DNA of 64,000 nt from the NCBI RefSeq assembly GCF_009914755.1, contig NC_060940.1; one strand, 5' to 3'. The notes beneath the pieces were generated by a model. That model had not been told where the DNA came from, ran no database searches, and saw only the letters and a program-made list of their open reading frames with translations. Below, piece after piece: positions 1 to 13,454 of this stretch. The translations under genes were made by a program, and so were the position numbers. The first letter of the stretch is position 1, and each line of letters begins with the position of its first letter. The stretch is from the human T2T-CHM13v2.0 reference genome, Homo sapiens.

Positions 1-385
1 ACGTGAGCATTCAGTCCATTGCACAAGGCCATACAAGTAGTAACTTAGTGGCTGGCCAAGGATTCAAACTGAAAGCTTGCGTTCCTACCAGTATACCACA
101 CTACCCCTCTAGAGGTCAGATAGGCACCTGCTGAAGAAGAAGCAGCCGATTTCTCCCCCAGATTGCAACCATCTGACTTACTTGTAAAAATCCACAGACA
201 AGCAGCCTTATACCCCTTTGTGATTGCTGGTGACCACTTCCCAGGATCAGGCTGGGGCCCACGCTGCTGAGATCTGAAAGGAAACACTCAAAATAGGGAC
301 TCTGAGCCCCTTTTCAGCTCAAGTACCTGGGAAGCACCACTTTCTCCAGAGACAGATGACAAGGGCTTTAAGAGTTAAACATACA

Positions 386-541
386 GGCCAGGTCCATGGT
401 GGCTCACATCTGTAATCCCAGCTCTTAGGGAGGCAGAGGCAGGAGGATAGCTTGAGCTCAAGAGTTTGAGACCTGCCTGGGCAATGTAGTGAGATCCCAT
501 TGTTAATAATAATAATAATAATAATAATTTTTAAATTAAAA
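386..541 (+). pseudogene. BC200 (BCYRN1)-like monomeric Alu retrocopy with (AAT)n tail
   Basis: BC200-diagnostic blocks CCCAGCTCTtAGGGAGGC, GGATAGCTTGAG and GAGACCTGCCTGGGCAAT. TSD aagagttaaacataca (370-385) / aatagttaaaaataca (542-557). Confidence 0.7.
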
Positions 542-697
542 AATAGTTAAAAATACAAACATCCCATTTCTAGATTCCCTCCCCATTCCTGCATGTTTGG
601 AAGCCACCCAGAACCAAGTCAGTTCTTTCAGTTACCCCAAATCTGGTGGTCTCAAGGTTACTCCCTACCCTAAGAAAGAGTTGGGGCTGACCTTGGT

Positions 698-759
698 CCA
701 TGTCCATGTGCAACTCAACCTCCTAGATTTTCCAGAGGTTGAGTTGCACATGGACATGG
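698..759. repeat. Perfect 25-bp inverted repeat with 12-nt loop
   Basis: ccatgtccatgtgcaactcaacctc (698-722) is the exact reverse complement of 735-759. Confidence 0.95.
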
Positions 760-788
760 GCAACTGAAGGGACATGGAGAGCTAAAGG

Positions 789-917
789 GACAGCTAGAAG
801 GGCAGCTGATGGACCCAGTGATCCCTGTGCTGAAAAGACAGCTGGAAGGGCAGCTGATGGACCCAGTGATCCCTGTGCTGAAAAGACAGCTGGAAGGGCA
901 GCTGATGGACCCAGTGA
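789..917. repeat. 48-bp tandem repeat, about 2.7 copies
   Basis: Unit gacagctggaagggcagctgatggacccagtgatccctgtgctgaaaa starts at 789, 837 and 885; one mismatch in copy 1. Confidence 0.95.
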
Positions 918-944
918 AACCACCGCAATAGGCCTTCTTTTTTC

Positions 945-1640
<696 letters not shown>

Positions 1641-2240
1641 TTCTCACACTTACCTTCCCCGGTTCCCATCACCCCTCTCCTTTCACCTGTACCCACTGGA
1701 TCTGTCCTCCAGACCGTTAATCCTCTAAACACCTTGAGCTACTTTGAGTTCCCAAATGAGTTTTTCTCTTGTTCATTCTCTCATCATCACACATGCTATT
1801 CCCTCTGCTTTGAGAAACACGCCTCCCTTCCTCTGATTAACTTCTCATTAACCTTCAGGTCTCAGCTTAGACATAATTTCACTCCACGTGCAGTTAACAA
1901 AAATTATTCTGCTGAGTTATCAGGTGAGAGAATTTTTGGTGGTGGGGAAAGCACTTTTAATCCCTCCATACTGTTTTAATTCTCTATGTACATCTATTCT
2001 TTTTAATTTAAAAGGGATTAACTGAATAAAGGGTAATGGACTGTTTCTTGTTTTCTTTGTATTATTTCTCTGTATTGAAAAAATATCATAGTAAATGTGA
2101 TTTTAAAATGCCAGTACCACAATGACTTAATTATTACAGCTTTATTGTATGGCTTAATATCATGTAAGAAACCACCTCACTGAGCTCTTTCATTCATTCT
2201 ACTGTGTTTTTTCAGCTAATTGCCTTCAGCTGCTTCTTCC

Positions 2241-2538
2241 TTTTTTTTTTTTTTCTGAGCTGGGGTCTTGCTGTCTCACTCAAGCTGGAGTGCAGTGGTG
2301 CCATCTCAGCTCACTGCAATCTACGCCTCCCAGGTTAGACAGATTCTCCTGCTTCGGCACCCTGAGTATCTGGGACTATAGGTGCCCGCCACCACGCCCA
2401 GCTAATTTTTGTATTTTTAGTAAAGACGGGGTTTCACCATGCTGGCCAGGCTGGCCTCGAACTCCAGACCTCAGGTGATCCACCGGCCTCAGCCTCCCAA
2501 AGTGCTAGAATTACAGGCGTGAGCCACTGCACCCGGCC
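2241..2538 (-). mobile_element. Alu (S-like)
   Basis: Full reverse Alu; TSD ttcagct(g/a)ctt. Confidence 0.95.
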
Positions 2539-2757
2539 TACTTTCAGCTACTTAAGTAGACTAATTCTATCACCTGGAAAAATTGTAATTTTACTCCATT
2601 TTTTTTCTGTTGCTTATAACTCTTAATTCTGTTTTATTCCTTCTTGTGCTAGAATTTGTCAAACCATAACAAATAATCGAGGCAATGATGGGCATTCTTA
2701 TCTCAGTCCTGATTTCAGTAGGAAAATTTCAAGGGTTTGACCTTTAAGAAAAAGTGT

Positions 2758-3428
2758 CAGAAGTTACAGCTAGAAGGGAGGAATACATTCTAATATCCTA
2801 TAACACTGTAGGGTGAATATGGTTAACAATAACTTAGTGTGGCCAGGTGTGGTGGTTCACACCTGTAATCCCAGCACTTTTGCAGGCCTAGGTGGGAAGA
2901 TTGCTTGAGTCCAGCAGTTCAAGATCTGCCTGAGCAACATGGCAAGACCCCCATCTCTACAAAAAATATAAAAATTGGCTGGTTGTGGTGGTGCACACCT
3001 CTAGTCCCAGCTACGTGGGAGGCTGAGGTGGGAGGATCGCTTGAACCCAGGAGTTCAAGATCGTGAACATGACGAGACCCCATCTCTACAAAAATATAAA
3101 AACTAGCCTAGGTGTGGCAGTGCATACCTGTAGTTCCAGCTATAGGAGGCTGAGGTAGGAGGATCACTTGAGCCCAAAACGTCGAGGCTTCAGTGAGCCA
3201 TAAGCATGACACTGCTCTCCAGACTGGGCAACAGAGCGAGACCCCGTCTCAAAATAAATAAATAAAATAATTTAGTGTACCTTTTCCAAAAGCTAAAAGA
3301 GATAGATTTGCCAATTACCTTGATTTGATCATTATTCGTTATATACGTGTATCAAAGTATCACTCTGTATCCCATAAATATGTACGATTGTTACATGTCA
3401 ACTAAAAAGGAACAGAAAAAGAAAAAAA
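2758..3428 (+). mobile_element. L1MA-type 3' end, interrupted by a trimeric Alu
   Basis: L1 3'UTR motifs aagttacagctaga...ccttgatttgatcatt...cccataaatatgtac and A-rich tail. Confidence 0.75.
2841..3265 (+). mobile_element. Trimeric AluJ-like element
   Basis: Three monomers with two A-rich linkers inside one TSD aataa(c/t)ttagtgt (2828-2840 / 3266-3278). Confidence 0.85.
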
Positions 3429-4289
3429 GAGTATCCGCTTAAGGACAGCACCCCTCCTCATGTGAAGGAAGTACTTTTCCATTGTCTGAACCAGAGACGA
3501 ACTATTAGTACAATCTTCTCTCCCCAGGATGAAGCTGTGGCCACCAAAAAGCCAGTCTCTACAACTGCACTTCAACACCTCCGGAAATCTCTTTTGGCTC
3601 TGTCTTTCTCTCCAAACCTCTTCCCGGGGTCCTGGGGTCTATGAATTCTCAGGGCCCGGCTCTCACACATGCCCTTCGCTGGGCTCCTGTCCTCCGTCAC
3701 CTGGGCTCCTGTCCTCCCTCACCTGTAACCACCGGATCCGTCACCCAGACCAAACGCCATTGATCTTTTTCCTGCTTTAGCTTCTACCTCTCTCTGCTCC
3801 AATGCCTGAACTTAAAGCTGTGCTCTTCTCTGCATCCTGACTTCATCCTTGCAGTCTGCATGTTTTCACCATCTCTCTTGGTTCCATCTTCTACAGTGGG
3901 TGGGCAAGTCCAATCTCATTCTACTTTTCTAAGATTTACTGATATGGGAGGATACTCCTAAGAAAATATAAGTGAGAAGAACAGCACGATCCCAGTTTTG
4001 TAAAGCCATTTGTGTGCGAAAGCACAGGGGAAAAAAAGCCTGGAAGGAAATATACAAAAATGCTAAATAGTGGTTATTTCTGGGAGCCAGCAATATGCTA
4101 CTTACATGAATGTCCAAGCTCACTTTGTGATGCATGTATGACATGGGTTGCCAGCAGATTCATTTTCAGTGTGGAGTCTTCCTTGGGGAAAATTCTTGAT
4201 TCCTTTTCCTTCTATATTGCTTCTTAAAATCTCACCATGGCGCCAATGTGTCTCTTGTGATCCTAAAGTACCTACCAAAACCAACGGTA

Positions 4290-4590
4290 ATAATAGCTGT
4301 AATATACTGAGTTCCTACCATACTCCAGGAACTGTACTAAGTGCTTTATGTCATTGCCTAATTAAAAGATTTATGTGTAAAGTGCTGAGAACAGCAACTG
4401 GCGTAATAACTGCTATTACTGCCTCAACTAATTCTCATGGCAACTCCATGAAGTTACTATTATTATCTTCATTCTGTAGAAGAAGGAACTGAGGTTTGGA
4501 GAGGTAATTTGCCATAGATACCACAACTAGTAAGTGGCTGAGTCAGGATTCATGCCTACGTGGGACACCAAAGACTGGGCTCTTACTAAA
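4290..4590 (-). mobile_element. MIR fragments
   Basis: MIR core-like aactgaggtttggagaggtaatttgcc...ccacaactagtaagtggc. Confidence 0.6.
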
Positions 4591-4602
4591 TACATTTTGG
4601 TT

Positions 4603-5253
<651 letters not shown>

Positions 5254-5381
5254 AGATTTGCGCCAGAAGCCAATATTATCTACTTTAGAAACACCAGCCT
5301 AGATTACATCTTCTATCCCAGGAAGGCCCAAACTCCCCTTTGCTTTCCATTTTTGCCTTCTTGGGACAGAAATCTTTAAAC

Positions 5382-5715
5382 CGGGGACCAGCAAAATTGT
5401 TGTTAAACAGCCAGAGAGTAAATATTTTCAGCTTTGCTATCTCTGTGGCAAATACTGAACTCTGTTATAGTGGCATCAACATGTTTTATTTTCTTTTGTT
5501 CTCAAAATGGCTTCATGAGGAGCCTAATGTTATAATGAGGAAATTGAAGCAATATAAACAAATGGGCACGATTGTGTTTCAATAAAATTTTATTTTCCGA
5601 CGCTGAAATCTGAATTTCACATTTTTTTGCAGGTCACAAATAATATTCTTTCGATTTTTTTTTCAACTATCTAAATATGCAAAAACCATTCTTGGCTCAT
5701 GGGCTGTACAAACGT
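5382..5715 (+). mobile_element. MER58B-like hAT-Charlie element
   Basis: cagccagagagtaaatattttcagctttgc...gtttcaataaaattttattt...aaaaccattcttggctcatgggctgtacaa. Confidence 0.7.
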
Positions 5716-5760
5716 GGGTAGTAGTAAGCTGCTTTAGACCATTAAAAACTGGTGACTGCA

Positions 5761-6110
<350 letters not shown>

Positions 6111-6660
6111 CTAAGTCTTAGTTTCAAGGTGCCTGAAGTCACCATGAATAGGCCCATTTCACAAGCAGATGCCCACGTGTATGTAGTTCCGAATTCCCTC
6201 AGTAATTCTGACTGGTCTGTATTTAGTAAGGTTCCCATTCCATCTTCACCTGAACACTTTCTTCCTTTGAAATCTTTCGTGGAAAACAGCAAATAATGAG
6301 GAGTACGGAAATCAACTAACAATGGATGGTGTCACTACCAACACCCTTCCCCTGCCCAGGCGCCCCTGGGACATGCCATGGGGAAGCATAGTTAATGGAG
6401 AAGCCACTGGTCCAGTTCATTGCCAACATCAATAGTAGGGGGTAGGCTATAAAATGATCATGAAGCGACCAGGCAAAGAACTTAGTTCACAATACAGACT
6501 TGTTGAAGAGAGTGTAATTCATAATAGTAGTTAGGAACTTTGTCTTTGGGGTCAGCTGGTAAATGTCAAGCTGTGTCCTTGAGTAAATCGGTGACTTGGC
6601 TAAGCTTCAATTTCCTCCTCATATTAATAACATTGCCTCATTATAACATTAGGCATCTCA

Positions 6661-6941
6661 GGCCGGGCACAGTGGCTCACACCTGTAATCCCAGCACTTT
6701 GGGAGTCTGAGACGGGTAGATCAGGAGGTCAGGAGATCAAGACCATCCTGGCTAACACAGTGAAACCCCGTCTCTACTAGAAATACAAAAAATTAGCCAG
6801 GCATGGTGGCAGGCGCCTTTAATCCCAGCTACTCAGGCGGCTGAGGCAGGAGAATGGCGTGAGCAGAGCAAGCAGTGAGCCAAGATTGCGTCACTGCACT
6901 CCAGTCTGGGCGAGATTCCGTCTCAAAAAAATAATAAATAA
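6661..6941 (+). mobile_element. Alu (Y/Sc-like) inserted in MIR
   Basis: gagatcaagaccatcctggctaacac diagnostic; TSD ataacattaggca(t/c)ctca. Confidence 0.95.
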
Positions 6942-7002
6942 ATAACATTAGGCACCTCATAAAGTCATTTAGATAGCTAAAGAGGATAAAACACGTAAAT
7001 GT

Positions 7003-7287
<285 letters not shown>

Positions 7288-8233
7288 TTAGAATGGTACC
7301 TGGTATATAGTAGGTGCACACGTGTGTTACTTATTATGATTTCTTATCCAGTCAACTGGAAGGGGATGGGGCTTAAAACCAAACAGGCATATATAAATGA
7401 AACTCTAAAATATGAACAAGCATGAATAAGGTCTTTTTTTCCCAATATCAGGGAAGAAATTATGGGTCTGTCTTTTTTCTAAGAATTTCCTTGAGTCTTC
7501 TCTCCTGAACCTCCTTCCTGGTTCTGAGTCTATTATTTGCCTGGTAAGCGGAGAATCAGAACCAAGGAGATGTTCTACATATCCCAAGGCATTTATTATG
7601 AAATGGCTCTGGCCTGGAGCCTACTTATAGTAGAAATTAAATATATGACACTCTTATTTTTATGAGATCATAATAGACATCATGATAGTAGCCATGGTAG
7701 CCATAATAATAACGGCTACTATTCATAGTGTAATGGTGAAACTACACAGCCTTTGAAACCTGGATCCAAAAATCAATTCCATCACTCACCAGCTGTGACA
7801 CCATCTCCTCTGTGATTTTCCATTGTCTCATTATCAAATGTTAATACTAATAGCCTCTACCTCCTGGGGTGGTAAACAAGGGTAAATGAGATAAGGGGTG
7901 TAAGGTTTCAGCTATGTGCCTGGCCAATTGGAAGCACTTAATAAGTGTCAGCCATTATTATGACATGCCTAGAGCTTTGCAAAAATTATCTCATGTTCAT
8001 GTATAGCTTTATTTCATTCTTACAATAACAGTTCTGAAATACCAACGCAGCTCTGTCTGATTCCGAACCTTGTCCGTTTCCCACGACATCACAATGCCCG
8101 CCCCCCTGATTCCACTCCAGCTACACAGACAGGGAAAGGGACAAGAATGCATAATTTCTGGAAAATTTTTTGTCCTTTAAAAGAACTGGCAGAGCTATTA
8201 ACTGCCCCCAGAGACTGGTTAACTGTCTAGTTA

Positions 8234-8602
<369 letters not shown>

Positions 8603-8779
8603 TCAGCAAATCTGAGGCTCCCAAAGGGGTGAACCTCATAGCGAGGGAGATGAGCTGTGATCCTTTGGGAGGGCAGAGAGGGAAAGGGAGTGTCCTGTGG
8701 TCAGATATGAACATCATTGGGGAGAGTGGACTATTCTGGAATGCCTGGACTCAGCTCTTGATTGGAATGCCGGTTCTAT

Positions 8780-8835
8780 TTAGGTTGGTGCAAAAGTAAT
8801 TGCACAACTGCACAATTACTTTTACATCAACCTAA
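8780..8835. mobile_element. MADE1 (Hsmar1-derived MITE), internally shortened
   Basis: TIRs ttaggttggtgcaaaagtaattg ... caattacttttacatcaacctaa. Confidence 0.9.
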
Positions 8836-9101
8836 ATAGCTACTTACCTGAGTGATTTCAAGAAAAATTCTTAAGCCCTGTTTCCTCATTGGTAAAATGA
8901 GCGAAAAAAATGATGTACTTGAATTCTGCCTGCTTTTTCCTTCACTGACTGGAGGAGAGGGGAAAGATAAGATAGTCTTCATAATTAGTGTTTATGTTTC
9001 ATGGTGTTTTTGCGCTTCTGAAGTGGATCCCAACATCATGCAAAATCTAAAAAGCAGCAAATTTCCATCTCCTGCTTTGTATTGTTTATCTTTTGCCTCT
9101 A

Positions 9102-9443
<342 letters not shown>

Positions 9444-9586
9444 GGTGCTCTTGGGCCTACCAGCCCAACAACCCTACAGCCCCCAACAACCAGAGAAAGG
9501 ATCTGCACATAGCGGTGAGGACCCAGGCTGGGCCCCCAGAGCTCTGTCTCCTCCCCCAGGCTCAGAACCCTTATCTGTTTCCACAG

Positions 9587-9670
9587 GGGCTTTCCGAGGC
9601 GTGTGCAAGAAAATCGATCACTTCCCTGAAGATGCTGACTACGAACAGGACACAGCCGAATATCTCCTGC
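9587..9670 (+). CDS. CACNG3: CACNG3 coding exon 2 (84 nt; first extracellular loop)
   Basis: Acceptor tttccacag|GG and donor CTGC|gtaagt. Translates (G)[27 protein letters not shown](R), recognised as TARP gamma-3. Phase 1/1. Confidence 0.97.
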
Positions 9671-9889
9671 GTAAGTTCCCCGGCTTCTCGGGTCTCTCTG
9701 GGAGGAAGGGATGGGCCTCTGCCATCACTCAGCTGCCTCTGAGTCGGAGCTTCCTCAGCATCTGTCCCTAGAAATAGATAAGTGCAAAGAAGCCCCATGT
9801 GCCAGTACACAGAGACACTCAAGTGGTTCTGAGAGCTAAGCCTCTTTAGTTTCAATGAATTAGAAACAGAAAGAAGAAGCAGGGGGTAG

Positions 9890-10299
<410 letters not shown>

Positions 10300-10968
10300 T
10301 TAGTCAGTTTAGGAGAAAAATCTAAGGAACTTTCTCTAACTTGAATGCAAGTTTTCACTTTCCCAGGAGGGTTGATTGGAGGTGCTAATGGCAGAGTGCT
10401 AATGGGTGATGTGAGGTGCTAATGGGTGAGGTCCCAAGGAGCAAGACCTAGGAGAATAAATACAAACCCAAGTTCACCTCTTCTTTGACTTCCCTCCAGT
10501 TTCAGTCCTACTGGGACAGAGCCAATGTCTCTGTAGGATTTTTCCAAAGTCAGTAACCTGGATATGACATGAACCGTCACAACTACAGCATGTAGGAGCC
10601 AAAAGAATGTGGTGGCTTTGAGCCAAGGCCTCTGGAATCTGGGCTTTGACCCTTGTTTGACTCTACTAGCTGGGTTGGACTTGAGGCAAGGGGCTTTACC
10701 TCTCTCTCTAGTTCCTACCTTTCTTCATTTTTTTCTGAAATGGAGATTATAATGTCATCCATCTGACAGGGTCACAAAAATTAGCCGGGGCCCAACACAT
10801 AGTCAGGAGGCAATATGCATTAGCTCCCGTTTCTTGCATGGGATTAGCAATGCAAAATTCACTGCAGAGATGAGCCTTCCATTGGTCAAGGCACAGAGAG
10901 AACTTGATTTGGGATTTTAATGTAATTTCTTCAGCAAGAATTTGTGTTGGATTCACTCAAAATAGTGA

Positions 10969-11241
10969 GGCCAAGTGCAATGGCTCACACCTGTAATCTC
11001 AGCACTTTAGGAGGCCAAGGTGGGAGGATCACTTGAAGCCAGGAGTTCAAGACCAGTCTGGGCAACATATTAAGTCGCCAACTCTACAGAATTTTTTTTT
11101 TTTTAATTATCCAGGCATGGTAGTGCACACCCTTAGTCCCAGCTACTTGGGAGGCTGAGGTGGGAGGATTGCTTGAGCCCAGGAAGCTGAGGCTGCAGTG
11201 CCATTGCAGTGATCGTGCCATTGCATTGATTGTGCCATTGC
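10969..11241 (+). mobile_element. Alu (J), 3'-truncated at a complex junction
   Basis: Alu body ends in 17-bp tandem copies with no A-tail. Confidence 0.9.
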
Positions 11242-11253
11242 GCTAATCAATAA

Positions 11254-11473
11254 TATTGATTAGTGACTGGCTACACGGTGTGGAGGATAGTGTCAGATGC
11301 AGCATTATTAGGTTAATTTATGCTACTTGTGGCAAAAGCCAGCAATTTCAAGAGATGAGTACCCAGCTCAAAGAGGAGAGAAGGATGTGATCACTGTCTC
11401 ATTGTAATGTCTCTCTGGGCCTGATAATTAAAAGGACTTGCGTTACTCAGATAAAAGTTGTTTTCTTTTCTCA
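11254..11473 (-). mobile_element. ERV1-class LTR 5' fragment (subfamily uncertain)
   Basis: Reverse strand begins TGAGAAAAGAAAACAACTTTTATCTGAG...AATTATCAGGCCCAGAGAGACATT, an LTR-like start. Confidence 0.55.
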
Positions 11474-12126
11474 CCCCTCACATCAGCAGCTCAAAAAGAT
11501 TCAGTGTGGAGAGCAAAATTAGCCACACTTAGAGATGTAGCTTAACCAAAATTTGGGAGATGACACAGATCACTTGCATCTTCTCAATAGAGAATGGCAT
11601 TAGTCATCACCAGTGGGGTTTTACCAGAGTGCCCATAGATTTTCTTTGTTTTTCTTTTTCATGTTGATAAAACATGTTGACGTTTGCTCTGTCGGAGACT
11701 AAACAGAACTGTGACTTCTCTTCACAACTTGTATAGCTGATTTTAAGTTCTTCAGAGAGGCCCATAGCTTTTCTGACAAAGTATTTTTTTCTCGTCTGGG
11801 AAGATGTCCCTTCCTCTCTCCTCACCCCTAGCCCTCGGTCCACCTAAGCTTCACCAATAGCAGCAGAATTGGGCTAAGGTTAAGGAGAGGCCTTAATGAG
11901 AACACAGATTTCCTGCTGAGAGTTTTGGAATTCCTGATCCAGCCACGTAGGGCTGGGAGCACATTCCTGCAGGGTTCTCCCTGCCTGGCTGGTGTTCACT
12001 CTGCCTGCCGGTCCCTTTCCTGACCCACAACCCTGGTGGGAATGGGATTCTGCATATCGACTTTTCTGTTGTTTCTTCTTTTCTCCTATGCTCTTTGGGG
12101 TAGGCTACAGCATAAACCCATAGCAG

Positions 12127-12735
12127 TGTTACCGGAAAGGGGTCCAGATCCAGCCCCAAGACAGGGTTCTTGGATCTCACACAAGAAAGATTCAGGGTGA
12201 GTCCACAAAGTAGAGTGAAAGCAAGTTTATTAGAGAAGCAAAGAAACAAAAGAACGGCTACTGTATTGACAGAGCAGTGGCATGGACTGCTTGACCTAGT
12301 GTATTATAGTTACTTCTTGATTAATGGTAAACAGGAGGCGAATTATTCATAAGTTTTCCAGGAAAGGGGTAGGCGATTCCAGGAACTGAGGGTTCCTCCC
12401 ACTTTAAGAACATAGGGTAACTTCTGACATTGCCATGGCATCTGTAAAGTGTCACGGCGCTGGCGAGAGTGTCTCTTCACATGCTAATGTATTATAATTA
12501 GCATATAATGAGCAGTGAGGACGACCAGAGGTCACTTTCATCACCATCTTGGTTTTGGCGGGTTTGGGCTGGCTTCTTCACTGCATCCTGTTTTACAGCA
12601 GAGTCTTTGTGACCTGTATCTTGTGTTGACCCCCTATCTCATCCTGTGCTTGGAAATGCAGCCCAGCAGGTCTCAGCTTCATTTCACCTATCCCCTATTC
12701 AAGATGGAGTCGCTCTGTTTCCAACGCCTCTGACA
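12127..12735 (-). mobile_element. MER41 (B-like) solo LTR, ERV1
   Basis: Reverse strand starts TGTCAGAGGCGTTGGAAACAGAGCGACTCCATCTTG and ends GGTAACA; 4-bp TSD GCAG on both sides. Confidence 0.9.
12356..12385. promoter_or_regulatory. Tandem GAS (STAT) motifs within MER41
   Basis: TTCCAGGAA at 12356-12364 and 12377-12385 (TTCNNNGAA). Motif only; activity unknown. Confidence 0.55.
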
Positions 12736-13168
12736 GCAGAAGGTTCAAAGCCCACAGGTTCTGTTGACTAGAGACTTCCACGACACAGCACTGGACTTAG
12801 AAAGTCCTATTCAGACTCCAATGGTGGGGCTACACTTGAACAAGCTTATGTCCCCACCCTTAAGACCTTAACTTAGCTCCATATAGTTTGGGGGGAGAAA
12901 CAGGGAAGGAAGACAGTAAAAACCTCTTTGATCTGAAGCCACCATATGTCCACTGGGCTAAAACAAATGCAAGGTGGGCTTCCACTGACTTAGCAGAATA
13001 TTTCCTGTCTGAGGCAGACACTTATAGCCAGAGTTGACAGAATCTGCTTGTATCTCATTTGAGGGGCAAAGAGTGGGGTCTCCCCACCAATGGTTCCCAA
13101 ATGATGATTGCACCACTTGGGAAACAGTCACATTTACGTATCTCCTATCCACATGTTTCAAACATAAA

Positions 13169-13454
13169 CTTTTTTTTTTTTTTTTGAGATGGGGTCTTAC
13201 TCCATCATTCAGGCTGGAGTACAGTGGCATGATCATAGCTCACTGCACCCTCAAATTCCTAGGCTCAAGCCTCTTGAGCTGGGACTACAGGCACCCACCA
13301 CCACCATGTCTGGCTAATTTCTTTTTACATTTTTTGTAGAGTTGGGGTCCCCCTGTGTTGCCCAGGCTGGTCTCAAACTCCTGTCCTCAAACAATCCACC
13401 TGCCTTTGCCTCCCAAAGTGCTGAGATTACAGGCGTGAGCCACTGTGCCAGGCC
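13169..13454 (-). mobile_element. Alu (J)
   Basis: Reverse Alu with poly(T). Confidence 0.93.

Noticed and set aside
789-917. CRISPR-like array or repeat-protein ORFs (723-923, 739-951, 794-1144)
   Set aside because: Units are contiguous with no unique spacers, there are no cas genes, and the context is eukaryotic. The ORFs stay open only because the 48-bp unit is a multiple of 3.
3431-3452. Possible REST/RE1 site (GGACAGCACC half-site; also TCAGCACC near 15205)
   Set aside because: Only isolated half-sites; the partner half does not match at canonical spacing.
3679-3725. 22-bp tandem duplication (similar short ones near 29193 and 52896)
   Set aside because: Ordinary slippage duplications with no sign of function.
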